Assembly: GCF_963506605.1 (NCBI RefSeq)
Contig: NC_083281.1
Coordinates: 14,012,001-14,076,000, forward strand
Direction of reading: 5' to 3'
Origin: Zootoca vivipara
Lineage: Eukaryota
DNA length: 64,000 nucleotides
A model generated the notes under the pieces. The model saw only the letters and a program-made list of their open reading frames with translations. It made no database searches and was not told the DNA's origin. Positions 12,956-25,390 of this stretch are shown piece by piece. The position numbers and the translations under genes are program-made. Within the stretch, counting starts at the first letter, position 1; each line of letters opens with the position of its first letter.

Positions 12956-13769
12956 CTCTGCAATTCTGGCTAGATTTCATTTCTTTTCCTGCTGTCTCTA
13001 GTTACTACTATTCGGCCGGCATGGCATCGTTCGTTCTGCCTAAACATGTGTGGCCTTGAGCTCCTTATGGCGATGGCTACTTTTTCTTTCGGTTCATTGT
13101 TCTGCACACATCAGCAGTAAAGGATGAAGCATCACACATGCAGGCCCCCACAGGCGTGAACTGCCACCTCCAGCTTTTACATGCCCATTCAGCTCAGCCA
13201 TTTTTATTCATTTATCTTATCAATTATATAGGCTGCCTAAAATATATATTTTTTAAAAACGGCAACCTCTAAGCATCGTACAAAGCAAAAACCGTAAAAT
13301 TGCAGGACTAGAAGGCAAATAAAGCAAAAATGCATACAGGCAACCAACTCCCCGCTTACACGCACTCAAGGCACATGTGAGTGCCTCACCACGAACCCAG
13401 AAGTGGCATGAAATGTGACAAATACAGCCCTAAAAGAGCACAAAAATGGTACGAAAACAGCCTCTAGCCTTTGCACCAACCGCTGAGGCTTGGGGAGGGT
13501 TAGAGTTTGAGCGAGGTTTGGAGAGAGCGATTGTAGTGGAATTGGGTGGGGTTTTTAAAAATTTTGGATGGCTTTTTTCCAGGGTGTCCAGTGGTTTAGA
13601 GCACGTTTGCAGTTTTCTCAATGGTGTTTCTGATATACATGATTTCACTTAAATGCCTGGTGCCTCGGAATGCAACCCCCACAAAATATCTGAAAATGTA
13701 TGGGAACTATTTGTTAATAGGCATCTAAAACTTGCCACAGTTGCCAGCCCAGAAGCAAATATGGCTATA

Positions 13770-14138
13770 CCTATATACCTGAAGGAGCGTCTCCACCCTC
13801 ATCATTCTGCCCGGACACTGAGGTCCAGTACCGGTTCCCTGGACCTGGCGGGTCCCTCCCTCGTTGCGAGAAGCCAAGTTGCAGGGAACCAGGCAGAGGG
13901 AGGGCCTTCTCGGTGGTGGCGCCCGCCCTGTGGAATGCCCTCCCATCAGATGTCAAAGAGAAAAGCAGCTACCAGATATTTTAGAAGACATCTGAAGGCA
14001 GCCCTGTTTAGGGAGGCTTTTAATGTTTAATAGATTATTTTATTTTATTTTTCTGTTGGAAGCCGCCCAGAGTGGCTGGGGAAACCCAGCCAGATGGGCA
14101 GGGTATTAAATAATAAATTATTATTATTATTATTATTA
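13770..14138 (+). mobile_element. L2-clade LINE 3' fragment
   Basis: YLKERLHP...RRHLKAALFREAF then a (TTA)n tail. Confidence 0.85.
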
Positions 14139-14430
14139 TGGCTAGGAAGCAGCGATGGTAGCCATGACACAGGGAGTTGAGCTGTTGACTTCTGCCTCCT
14201 TCATCTCAGTGCTGCCCTCGTAGCATTCAGCAGGGAGGAAGATGGGGGCAAAACCAGAATTAGTTGGCTATGTTCCTGTGCCACCTTCGGTTCTGGTGCC
14301 AGCTTCTGTTGACCTCTCTGCCCCCCCACCCTACCAGTGCCAAGAGGTGGAGACATTACTCTACTCATTATCCTATCCTTCTTTGGCAGAGTTAAGCAGC
14401 CTGTGGACTGGGAACTTTTTAAACGCCACG

Positions 14431-14500
14431 ATGATGAATAAGCCCATTTACATTTCGCTCCAGCGGAAGGGAGAGGCACCTCCGCATAAAGAAAATCGGG
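14431..14500 (+). CDS. NKPD1-like gene A, putative first coding exon (MMNKPIYISLQRKGEAPPHKENR)
   Basis: Strong Kozak context gccacgATG, upstream acceptor, phase 1 donor G|gtgtgt compatible with the next exon; no homology support. Confidence 0.5.
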
Positions 14501-14637
14501 GTGTGTAAGGTACTTTCCTAATCAGCGTCTCAGATTTCAGTTCTCTTCTCCGGTTCTTCTTGCTGCCGGTCCTCATAGTCTGGTGAAATTCAAAAATAAA
14601 TAAAAATCATTTTGATTTCCTTCTATTTGTTTTACAG

Positions 14638-14772
14638 AGGAACCAGGAACAAATGAAACCATTTACTGCCAAGCCTTGGCTGAGACTCTGCACCACATTG
14701 CCCTGCCTGTGACTGTGGGACTCTACGCCCCCTGGGGGCGAGGCAAGAAAAGGCTCTTGTGTGAAATTGAAG
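14638..14772 (+). CDS. NKPD1-like gene A, Walker A exon
   Basis: ttttacag acceptor and gtaagg donor; ETIYCQALAETLHHIALPVTVGLYAPWGRGKKRLL matches the KAP NTPase N-terminus; phase 1-1. Confidence 0.88.
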
Positions 14773-15093
14773 GTAAGGACCACCCATCCATCAGACGTGA
14801 GCAGTCGTCACAGTTCAAAGAGAGAATTCAGTGCGTATTTAATTATACAACAGCGAGAGGGTCATTCACCGTTTTGGCAACCCCAGTGCCCAAGGCAGCT
14901 TTCCCCAACCTAGTGCCCTCCATAAGTTTTTGGACTGCAACTCCCATCAGCCCCGGGCAGTCCAAAACACACAGAGGCCACCCGATTGGAAAAGGCTGCT
15001 GTAGATCTCCAAGCAGGACCTGCTGACTGCCAGAGGCCCTCTGTGATTCAGCTGGAGCACCTGAAATCCATTTCCCCATATGGCCTCGGCAGG

Positions 15094-15433
15094 ACTGAGG
15101 GGTGATATGATAGCCATGTTCAAATATATGAAAGGATGTCATATGGAGGAGGGAGAAAGATTGTTTTCTGCTGCTCCAGAGAAGCGGACACGGAGCAATG
15201 GATTCAAACTTCAAGAAAAAAGATTCCACCTAAACATTAGGAAGAACTTCCTGACAGTAAGAGCTGTTCGGCAGTGGAATTTGCTACCAAGGAGTGTGTG
15301 TACTCTCCTTCTTTGGAGGTCTTTAAGCAGAGGCTTGACAGGCACATGTCAAGAATGCTTTGATGGTGTTTCCTGCTTGGCAGGGGGTTGGACTGGATGG
15401 CCCTTGTGGTCTCTTCCAACTCTATGATTCTAT
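15094..15433 (+). mobile_element. CR1 LINE 3' fragment
   Basis: [11 protein letters not shown]...[28 protein letters not shown]; attctatg tail. Confidence 0.92.
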
Positions 15434-15519
15434 GAGGTGCAGCACTAGAATGGGTCCTCATTGCCCTGCAACCTGGCCAACCATTATGAGAGATTATGGT
15501 AGCAGTGTGTTGTGTATGG

Positions 15520-16080
15520 TGTGTTAGAGGAGGGGTAGTACCTCTAGTGGGGGATACATCATGCTCCTTCTGGAGTAGTTTTTCCACCTTTGGTCCCCAC
15601 CCTGCACTCAGGTCTCACTTGGGGCTCCTAGAAGCTGTCCGCAGGTGACAATGGCCACACCCTAGGAAACGGCTTAGACTGGCCAGCTAAACCAGGCAAA
15701 GACAGCTGATGGGTCTCAAACCCTCAATGAGTTAGGGGCTTCCCCTGAATGAGTGGGTCAAGAAGGCAGTTTCTGCATGTGCTGTAGAAGGAAGTGAGGG
15801 GCGGGTGGTCAGCAAGCCCATCTAGGAGAAGGAAAATTCTGATCCTAAACCAGAGGTCGGCAACCAACTGGCCCATGGCCGTTCTGGAGATCTGCATGGG
15901 GATTCTGTGCTTTTTTTCGCGGCACCATTTTTTCCCTTGCCGCTGGGACTGACCTCCGGGGTTGTCTGGGCAGCCCAGGACCTCCAGACACACTGCCCAG
16001 GTTTGTGCCCTGGGGAGGTCATTTCAGTATGCTTCACCCCCTGAGGCGCACTCCAGTGTCTCCACCGGGGTATCCAATAC
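15520..16080. mobile_element. interspersed repeat, probably RTE-LINE 5' region derived
   Basis: Reverse-complement matches at 24650-24965, 27965-28050, 30535-30845 and 50545-50757; ggagaaggaaaa motif recalls RTE 5' UTRs. Confidence 0.6.
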
Positions 16081-16307
16081 ATCTTTCCTGTTCAGGCGGA
16101 CCTTGTATCCCAAGAGCGTGGTCTGCAGCAGCATGCTGATGAATTGGGAACTGGGGTGAGCACAAGGTGTAAGAACCTCTGCAGAGTCTGCTGGATCAGA
16201 GCAATGCCCCATCTAGTCCAGTGAGTTTCATAGTTTACCCATGCGCCACATGAAGGACTTTCGTTCATTTTGTCTGGAATTTTCCAATGTGATGCTCTCC
16301 ATTGCAG

Positions 16308-18055
16308 ATCACATGCGCTGGCTAAGCAAACAAACCAGAAACAAAGCTGGAAGGACCACGTACTCCCTGCTTTCGTTCCTCTGGCACATCATCTTCGCTC
16401 ACCCCCTTCTGCGCTCAGCAAAGCCTGAAGGCACCCACTATATTTTTATCAACTTCAACGCCTGGGAATATGCAGGATGCGATCATACCTGGGCCGGCAT
16501 CATCACAACACTGCTGGATGAAATCGAAGGCAATTACAGGATCCCATTCAGCACTTTTCGGTCCTTTGGTGTGCAATTCAAGGAAGAGCCGGTTACGCGG
16601 AAAACGAAATGGGTTTTGAAAGGATGGAGCAAGCTCTTCTGGTTTTGCCTCTTGTGTCTGATCCTTGGATTGTTTCTGAGCACAATGCTGACGAGGCTGA
16701 AATTGGGCAGCAGTTTTTGGGAAAGCATGGCATACACAACAGCAGTAGTGCTGGGCGCATTTTCTCTGCCTTTCATGTGCTGCACGAAAAACATTTTCTT
16801 CACCCTGAAAAAGAAACTCCAGTTGAAGATGAACGCCAAGGACCAACTGGGCTTCATGCACCTTGTGAAGAAAGAGGTGAAAACAATCACTCATTTCCTA
16901 CAATTCATGGCGTTCGAGGAGGACCGAGAGATCCGGGTGGTCCTGAAGATCGTCAATTTAGACCTCTGCACTCCGGACAAAGTGGTGGCCGTCCTAGACG
17001 CCATCAAAATCCTCCTTTCAGACGAAGACACTCCATTTATCACCATCTTGGCTGCTGACCCAGGAATCCTCGTGGAGAGCATTCAGTTGTCAAATAACAC
17101 CTGCAGCAATGGCTACTTGTACTTAAATCGAATCATCTCTCTCCCCTTCTCCCTGCCCCGAATGAGCTGCAAAGGCAAGAGGCGGATGCTCACAGGGATT
17201 CTGAATGGAAAAAGGAAACGGGGGCAGGATTGTGCTACTAATCAGGAAACACGGGCTCACAAGCAAAACAGCAAAGGGGTCCAAGAAGCCAAGGGCTCGT
17301 TGGCCACAGAGGAAGTCCAGCACATCTTCCAAGACATGAGCCATGAGAATTTTGAAGACTACATCCCAGGAAATTTTGTCCAAATGAACCGGGTCGTCAA
17401 CACGGTGCTGACCATTAGGTCCATGCTTGACCTAGGATATAAGCCCCACCCTGGGCTGAATTTCAGTAGGGAAGATGGCAGGTTGGTGACCAAAGAGGTG
17501 GTCGATTGGGTTATCCTCGCCCATTTTTGGCCTTGCCGCCTGAGCTGGATTTTGCAGTGTGCGGAAGACGAGCAGCAGCAGGAAAAGCTCGCCGAAAGCC
17601 GGGCAAGGGGCTCACAGCTGAAGCAAGGCCATGGCAGAGGTGGAGGAGGAGATCCGCAGGGCAAAGCATTGGAAAGAGACAGCAAGGCATTGTTGCCGTT
17701 TTATGAGGACAATGCTTTGGAGCTGGACAAGATTAAGAACGACATCAGAAAACTTTTGGAGCTCGATGGAGACCCTGACCTTTTCCGAACCTTCTTGCAG
17801 AAGAGCCATTTTACGGTGGGGCGGGCCAGATATTTTTCCAACTTCCTCATCAATTTAGACTTCTCTCTGAAGAGGCAGTTTGAGTTGCAGCGGAGCCTGA
17901 ATCATATAGTCCGGAAGGAAAACAGGGAGGGCGAGTCACCATCTGGGGAGAAAAGTGCTGGGTTTAAAGATGAAGGAAAACTCCAGAGCAGCTCGTTGCA
18001 GCAGAAAGATAACGCCCAAAAAAGAGAGGATCCTAGACACCCTTCAGTAGCCTAG
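16308..18055 (+). CDS. NKPD1-like KAP-family P-loop NTPase A, large terminal exon (total about 650 aa)
   Basis: FNAWEYAGCDHTWAG, two TM helices, DQLGFMHLVKKEV, VVLKIVNLDLC, YLNRIISLPFSLP, WPCRLSWILQ, LLELDGDP; ttgcag acceptor at 16307, phase 1. Confidence 0.93.
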
Positions 18056-18755
18056 CGTCCTTCAGATGTTTTGGACTACAATACTGAGATCTGATGGATT
18101 CAACTGAATTTCACTGCAGATATTTGTGGGGTTTTGTGGGGTTTTTAAAAAAAGCCTGCATGGGACAGGAAGAGAGGAATGAAGTGTGCTGTATATGATA
18201 TGCATTTGTTACAAATACCAATCTCACCCCCAAATTAAATTATGTCTTATGAAAACACTACATTATTTTGTCTGTCATTTACTCTGGTCATTTCATGAGT
18301 TTGGATCATTTTCGCCACCACCACCACCTCATTCTACAGCTCCCAGAATCTCAGCTCTGCAGCCTCTTTTTCAGTGTTGCACAAAAACCACAGTCTGACT
18401 TTGGCTTCTCTCCCCTACACCTAGGTTCAGACTTATCACCTTAACCTTTTTTTTTAAGCCATCCAAGTTTGTGGCCATCACTCCCGCTTGTGGGAGCAAA
18501 TGCCATAATTTATTTATGTATTTCATGCCGTGCTTTTTTCTGGGGGGATGCATGCCCCAAACATTTTGTGAATCTAAGTTTGTCCTCATTGAGGGACAGT
18601 ATTTCATCATGAGTAGGAAAATGAGAGCACCTCCTAAACATATTTTTTAAGGAAAAAAACCACTGATTTTATGTATATACTGGCTCATTTTTTTTAAAAA
18701 AAAAACCCATCCTCAATGCAATTCACTTTGTGAATTACATTCTTTTGCTTCTCCC

Positions 18756-18792
<37 letters not shown>

Positions 18793-18793
<1 letters not shown>

Positions 18794-19076
18794 TGCCTGT
18801 TGTCTTTGTCCATGGAGTTTTCTTGGCAGGGATACTGGAGTGGCTTGCCAGTTCCTTCTCCAGGTGGATCACGTTTAGTCAAAACTCTCCACTATGACCT
18901 GTCCATCTTTGGTGGCCCTGCATGGCATAGCTCATAGCTTCTCTGAGTTATTCAAGCCCCTTCGCCACGACAAGGCATTGATCCATGAAGGGGATCTGTG
19001 GTCCATGGGGTCACGAAGAGTCGGACACGACTAAACGACTAAACACCACCACCAACACCAACAACAACAACAACAA
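18793..19076. mobile_element. BovB/RTE LINE remnant: inverted 5' piece joined to the 3' tip
   Basis: 18793-18995 reads as a BovB-like 5' region on -; 18997-19044 is the BovB 3' end gtccatggggtcacgaagagtcggacacgact on + with a (CAA)n tail. Confidence 0.75.
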
Positions 19077-19364
19077 TATAATTATTTATACCCCGACAAT
19101 CTGGCTGGGTTTCCCCAACCACTCTGGGCAGCTTCCAACAGAATATTAAAATCTTCCAGCTGATTAAGTAGATTGTATCTTATGAAGATTATGGGTAAAT
19201 AAATCACACCAGTGACCTGAGGATTTCAGGCAGAGTTGCTGAACTTTTATTTCTGGAGTTAGGGACCACAGTGCTTCCCTGCTATAAGAAATAAATAAAT
19301 GTTGAAGTGGCCTTCATCAAGTCCACCTCTTGCTCCAGGTTCCAGTAGCAATTTCCAGCACGCC

Positions 19365-19688
19365 TCAGGTGCACAGAACCTGGTTGAGCTGGTTATTTTC
19401 CCTGGAAAAGTTCACGGACCAGGTGCTTCCTCTCGGCGTGTTCTCTTGCACGCCTAAATAGGTCTTATTTCTGAAGACCACCATGGGAGATGATGCCGAA
19501 GGGGCCTGAGAAGGCCCTGACCCAAGGAAATAGGCACTGAAGGTCACCCACTCCCCGAGACCCATGCCAAGGACATCTCTGATTTCGTTCCTGTCGCTGT
19601 AGGCCAGGGCGCGTCCGTTCAAATGGTGCTGCTTCAACCTCTCCTTGTACTGCTGGGAATTTTCCTCTTTAAAGCCAAGCTGGTCCAT
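19365..19688 (-). CDS. NKPD1-like gene B, last exon carrying most of a SAM-like domain
   Basis: ttttccag acceptor, phase 0; MDQLGFKEENSQQYKERLKQHHLNGRALAYSDRNEIRDVLGMGLGEW; AATAAA on - at 19246-19251. Confidence 0.85.
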   Translation of the reverse strand: MDQLGFKEENSQQYKERLKQHHLNGRALAYSDRNEIRDVLGMGLGEWVTFSAYFLGSGPSQAPSASSPMVVFRNKTYLGVQENTPRGSTWSVNFSRENNQLNQVLCT

Positions 19689-20238
19689 CTGGAAAAGAAC
19701 AAAAAGCAGAGGCGGAAACTCACAGCCACGTCCCTCAACATTGTCCCACATATAGGGAAGGCAAGGGGATTTTTTTTTCCTGTCTGGGGGCCATATTCCC
19801 TGTTGGGCAACCTCCCAAGGGCCACATGACCATGGTGGGAGGGGCCAGAGGCAATAAGTGGGTGGAGCAACTAGGGCCTAAACACACACACACCCCACTC
19901 CTCCACCCAGACAGGCAAGAGGCAGAATTAGAATTCAAGGCCAAGGAAAAACACCCGAGGTACAAAACGAGGGCTACTTCTCTAGAGTGTATTTCTAGTC
20001 AGGTTGGGATAGTTCTGCAGGACATGACTGCAGTCCAACCAGCAATCCATGTTTTGCCCGACAGGCACATGAAAGGAATGAAGCTCACAGAGCTTCCCTG
20101 CAAAATTTGCTAGAGAGAACTCTGTGTGGTCACTTCCTTTGTTTGCCGTAACACTATGCACTTCCTCCCCACTTGGGCAGACTCCTCTTTACTCAACATG
20201 CTTCCAAGCTGACCCTGGACAAGGCAGTGCTCTCCTAC

Positions 20239-22034
20239 CTCCTTGCAGACCTCATCCACCGACAGCCCCAGCAGAATGCATCTGGAGATCCCGTGGCCCC
20301 GCTTGGTCCTCCGCTTCAGGCTGCGGCTGCCCCGGAGCAGCTCCATGTGCCTCTTCAAGGAGGAGTCCAGGTTGACCGTGTAAGGCAGGAAGAAGTTGGC
20401 GTCCTCCACCTGGAACCTGCGGCACAGGAAGCTGTGGAAGAGCTCGGGGTCCCCGTCCAGTTCCAAGAGCTTCTCCAGCTGGCCCTTGAGCATGCCGAGC
20501 TCGTCCATGTACTTCTCGTACACCTCCCACAGGAAGTGGTCGGGAGCCAGCTGGCAGCCTTGGCCCAGGCCCAGCCGGCCCACCTGCTCATCGTCCTCAA
20601 TGCACTGCAAGATCCAGCTCAGCCGGCAAGGCCACTGGCTGGCCAGCAGCACCCAAGAGGCCACTTTCTGTGGACACAGCTTTTCCCGGGGGACCTCCGT
20701 CGCCATGAGACGCACAGTGACAGAGATGGTATTGATGATGCGTCTCATGTGCACCATGTTGTCCGTCATGTACTCCTTCATGCTGTCATCCAGCAGGAAC
20801 TCAAAGGCCTCCTGGATCAGGTCCTTGGCTTTGAAGCCTTTCTTGCACCTTTTTTGGGGAGGTGCTTCCAGCCTGGGACTCACGACAACCAGAGGCACCC
20901 GGCTGCCATCAGCGTGTCGCTCGGGGGCCTTCCGGCTGGCGGAATTGCAACACAAGGGTGACCCAGTGTTCAGCCTCTTCTGGTTTTCCTGTGGAAAGTC
21001 CACTTCGCCCTCCTCGTCCTCCAGGCTTTTCTCCTGCTCCTCCCGGCAGTCGACGGCACACTTCACCAGCTGCATCTTGGTGTGGGTGTCCATCTTGGGG
21101 ACCGAGAACGGGAGGGTGATGATGCGGTTCAAGAACTCGTAGCCATTGTTGGCCATGCCTTTCATGTACAAGGAGCTCTCCACGCAGTCCACGATCACGC
21201 TGGGGTCAGCCACCAGGATGGAGATGAAGGGTGCCTCGTAGTCCGAGAGGAGGATGTTCATTGCGTCGAGGACGCCCACCACTTTGTCTGGGCAGCAGTT
21301 GTCCAAGCTGGTGATCTCCAGCACCACCCTGAGCTTCCTCCGCTGGAAGATCTCCATGAACTTCAGGAACTTGGCAATGATCTTCACCTCCCTCTTGACA
21401 TTGCTCATGAAGCCCAGCTGGGCGCTGAGGTCCGTCCGGTTCATCTGCCTCTCTAGCTGGGCCCTCTGGGTGACGATGACGTTCCGTAGCACCAGGACAG
21501 CCATCCGGATGGACGCCGCCGCCGTGATCCCAACCGCCGTGGCCCCGAGGCCCTCGACAACAGCAATGGCGTCCCCAGAAGCGTTGCCAATGGGGACACC
21601 GAAAACAAAGATGAGGGCTGCGAGCCCGACAGCCACCGCCGCCACCAAGAGGATGGCAGCCCACAGCGGCAGGCAGAGGTACTTCTTGCTGATCCACTCC
21701 TGGCGCAGAGGGGCCTCGACAAGGCCACACTTCCTGCCCACAGCTCTGTAGACACTCACAGGGACCAGGCCAAAGTGGCTCTCGATGCCATCGCACAAGG
21801 CAGTGATGAGACCTGCCCAGAGCTGGTCACTCCCGGCGTATTCCCAGGCACTGAAATGAATGAAGATGTGCTGGACGTTTTTTCTCTGCCGGTGTTGCAG
21901 TGTCAGGACGGGGCGGTAGAAGATCATGAGGAAGACGGCGGAGACCAGATCCCACCCAGAAGTCCCTCGCTGTTTCAGTCTGGTCCGCTGGAATTCCTGC
22001 TGGTCTTTTTTCCATGACTGAAGACGCATGTATT
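20239..22034 (-). CDS. NKPD1-like KAP-family P-loop NTPase B, large exon (total about 756 aa)
   Basis: FSAWEYAGSDQLWAGL, two TM helices, SAQLGFMSNVKREV, VVLEITSLDNC, FLNRIITLPFSVP, QWPCRLSWILQ, ELDGDPELF; ctctcag acceptor, GAG|gtagga donor. Confidence 0.95.
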
Positions 22035-22541
22035 CTGAGAGGGAAAGGAAGAGAGCCAGACCAGAGATGGGTCTACTGTACCCCAGCCAACCAGGGTGTG
22101 TCCTGGTTTCTGTTGATCACACAATACTTTGATTAAATACCCAAACGTTAAGATCCCCTCTGGAGTCCTCGCTCCGTGTGCGACCGCCAAGTGAATTGAG
22201 GTGCATGGCAGCAAAGGAGAGGGCCTTCTCGGTGGTGGCACCTCAAATTTGGAATAGCCTTCTCAGAGAGACTCACCTGATGCCTGCTCTATGGTAAAAC
22301 CCAATTTTCATTTAAAAGGCTTCAAACCAAGTTTAGACAACTTTTTTGAGGATAAGGCAGAGAATTGCAGGTGGGGAAAGTGCTAGAGCACTCATATCCT
22401 TGGGCTTTCTCTTGAGGCATCTGGTGGCCACTGTGAGAACAGGATGCTGGACTTTAGTTGATGTAGCTATAGGGCAGCTCATATGTTCCCATTCTGCAAG
22501 TTCCTTTACATGTCGTGCTTTAAATACGGTAAGCCATACAC

Positions 22542-22677
22542 CAGTCATCCCCAAACTGTGGCCCTCCAGATGTTTTGGCCTACAACTCCCATGATCCCTA
22601 GCTAACAGGACCAGTGGTTGGGGAAGATGGGAATTGTAGTCCAAAACATCTGGAGGGCCAAAGTTTGGGGATGCCTG
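22542..22677. mobile_element. palindromic hAT MITE
   Basis: Same family as 7633-7768; TSD CCATACAC / CCATACAT. Confidence 0.9.
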
Positions 22678-24115
22678 CCATACATTCTCAGCCTCTGGTG
22701 TGATTTCAAGCTGATCTATAAATTGTTTCGTTGCTTTATTTTCTGAGAGTTCCATGCTATTTATTTAAAACATTATTCACTGAATGATTTCCATCTCTCT
22801 AAGCAGTCTGTTTTGCCTCCGGTAGGGGAAACCGAGAATAGTGAGAAAGCTACTTGGTGCAGCAAATAACTGAAATCCAAGCATTGCACCAGTGAAACTC
22901 AAATTCTACGTCAAGAAAAGCAGATGCTGAAAACCAGCATGTGCCCACTTACTTTGCAGGGGCGTCTCTGGAAATGGAGGTAAATGCGTTTTGCTCTCCT
23001 GACACATAGCCCTTGATAGCCCTGCCCTCCACAGTATTTAACTCATCCCCCACCTTCATAAAGCCACTCCTGTTCTTCTTAGCCATCGCCTCATCCAGTA
23101 TGAATGAGTTCCGCAGGCTACACTTGCATTCTGTGAACAAGCACCAGAGGCAGATTTAGGGCAGTGTGAACAGAGCGGTTGCACCAAGCATACAACCATG
23201 GGGGCTGCCTTCTCAAAGCCCGGTGAGCAGTTCCCTAGCTTTGGGGAGGAGGTGTGAGGGCCCTGACCAGGTCCTAGAACCCTCTTCCTCCTTCCCAAAG
23301 CCAGGCAAGCACTGTGGGATGTGACACACAAGTAGCAGTCAAGTACAACATTCCTTGTTTTCCTAGAGTGGACATGCAAGAGGATGTTTGGTCCAGCCAG
23401 TTGGAACTTCCTCTTTCCTCCTGGCTGGGACATACTTCCTTTGCATGTGACTAGAGGTGGGCGTGACCTTACCTGTGCAAGTAACAAAAGCACATGGCAC
23501 GCAACACACTCTCTTTCTTTTACTTCCTCTGTCGTTGGAGCAGCTTTTTAGCTAGAGATGCTCTGTTAGCTTCCAGCCAACAGAGGACAATGGGATTATC
23601 CCCATATGGGATAGATCCACATGTATATATTTTGTAACTAAGTCTGCCTTCAGGGATCCAACTGTGAACTGATGATGTGAGTAAACTTCTTTTATTTACT
23701 TTTAAAAAGATTGTGGCGTGTTTATTCTTTTAAGAGGGATATAAGGAGACTTACCAGGAACCTAATAGTGAGAGGCTTACACAAGCCTGCAACCAGTTAT
23801 CTGCTGTGCATTTAAAAGGGGAATGTGAAACTCTGCTAAGTAAAGGAACTTGCTAGCGCAAGTTAGGAAGGATATTAATAAACAATATATCCTCTCCTGC
23901 CTCCCTGAACATTCCCACAAGCGCTCTTTGGGAAGGAGATAGGAGGGCTCTAGGACCCTGCCAGAGCCTCACACCACCTTCCTAAAGCCCAGCTTAAGAC
24001 GGCACTATGAGGGCTACAGGGAGGGTGTCAAGTGGCCTTGCACAGGGTGGATTATTACCAAGGTCTGCCCTTGTTAGCCCTTCCTTTCCTGGGTCTTCAC
24101 CTTATGAGCACTCAC

Positions 24116-24247
24116 CTCGGATCCTGTCCAGGAGAAAGGCTTTGCAGTGCCCCCACGGTGCATAAAACCCAACCGTCACTGGGGAGGACACGCAGTAGAG
24201 GGCCTTGGCTAAGGAGAAGCAGTAGGCGTCATCTTTGTTCTGGAACT
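24116..24247 (-). CDS. NKPD1-like gene B, Walker A exon
   Basis: ttttgcag acceptor and gtgagt donor; DDAYCFSLAKALYCVSSPVTVGFYAPWGHCKAFLLDRI; phase 1-1, paralogous to 14638-14772. Confidence 0.9.
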
Positions 24248-24649
24248 CTGCAAAAGGAAGAGCAGGGGAGCAGCCAAAAGGCAAATCCCACATCAGATGC
24301 CAACAGCCGCTGGTAGAATCAGCGGCGGCTGATCCTTTAGGGTGAACGGGGACCCTGGCCCACCGACCTCAGGGTGCCTTCAGCCAGCCCCAGCTGCCTG
24401 CTTTCAATTTGCAACAAACACAGTCTGTCAGCTTCCTCCTTCCTCCTTAGACCATGTGGAGGATGGGGATAAAACTAGTGTTCCTTGGCTCCACCTGTCC
24501 TTGGCTCTGGCTCCACCTGCTCTTTGGGCTCCCCGCTTTCCAACTTTACAGTCCCAATGGGCTGGTGGGGGGGCGGGTTGAAGTCCAAAAACATCAGGGG
24601 TGCTGCAGGTCCCCTTTTCCTGCTGCACTCCCTTGGGGGAATCTTGTTG

Positions 24650-24965
24650 GCATCCGTCTGTCTCAAGAGACAATGAAGTCAAACTGCTGTGTTAGCAGCA
24701 CTGAAGTGACCTCCCCAGGTCGTAAGCTTGGGCACTGTGTAGGGAGGTCCCGGGCTGCCCAGACGACAAGGCCCGCCCCCCTCGGCCAAAGGAAAGCAGA
24801 GCAAGACATTTGGCATCAGCTTGGCTGCAGGAGTTGCCAGAAGGAGGTGTACAAGGCACCATCCAACCGCCTTAGGGACTCTGCTCCGGATTTGAGTAGG
24901 GTTCGCTCCTGAGCCTTTTCTTCTCCTGAAGCTGTTCCTCAAGGCAGCGGAGGTTTCCTTCTCTT
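24650..24965. mobile_element. RTE-like interspersed repeat copy
   Basis: Matches 50545-50757 and the reverse of 15840-16050. Confidence 0.6.
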
Positions 24966-25390
24966 AGATGGGCTCCCTTCCCAGGTGGCCGAACCCCCTC
25001 TGCCCCCCACTTCCCTCTGCACCATGTACAGAAACCGAGGGGGAAACTCATGTACCCTTTCAGGAAGTGGGGAGATATGGCTGACACAAAAAAGGGCACA
25101 CCAGCCAATATGACTAGGACTGAATTCCACCTAGCCAAGAGGCAAGGCCTGTGAGGACCAAGTTATCTTACCCTCTCTCTCTCTCCTTCCTTCCCTCCCT
25201 CTCCTTTCTTTGCAACTGGTGTTATGTGGGGAAGTGATGTTTAATATTCCTGAAGAAATCTACCCAGCAGCAGACACCCTTCTTCACGGAATGGTTCACA
25301 GTTACTAACTTGGGCTATGATCCTGAGATAATAACCTCTGGATCCTTCGGGTAAGTACACCCATCCTAAAACCCAAATTATTCCACTTAC

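Noticed and set aside
16241-16307. ORF-track start MRHMKDF of the 604-aa ORF
   Set aside because: Lies upstream of a good acceptor; the Walker A exon splices in at 16308, so this stretch is intronic
20110-20238. C-terminal tail of the 639-aa ORF
   Set aside because: Read-through past the gtagga donor; the SAM-like sequence continues in the 19365-19688 exon
20173-21751. Long + strand ORFs (262, 248, 165 aa)
   Set aside because: Antisense shadows of the GC3-rich NKPD1-like B exon
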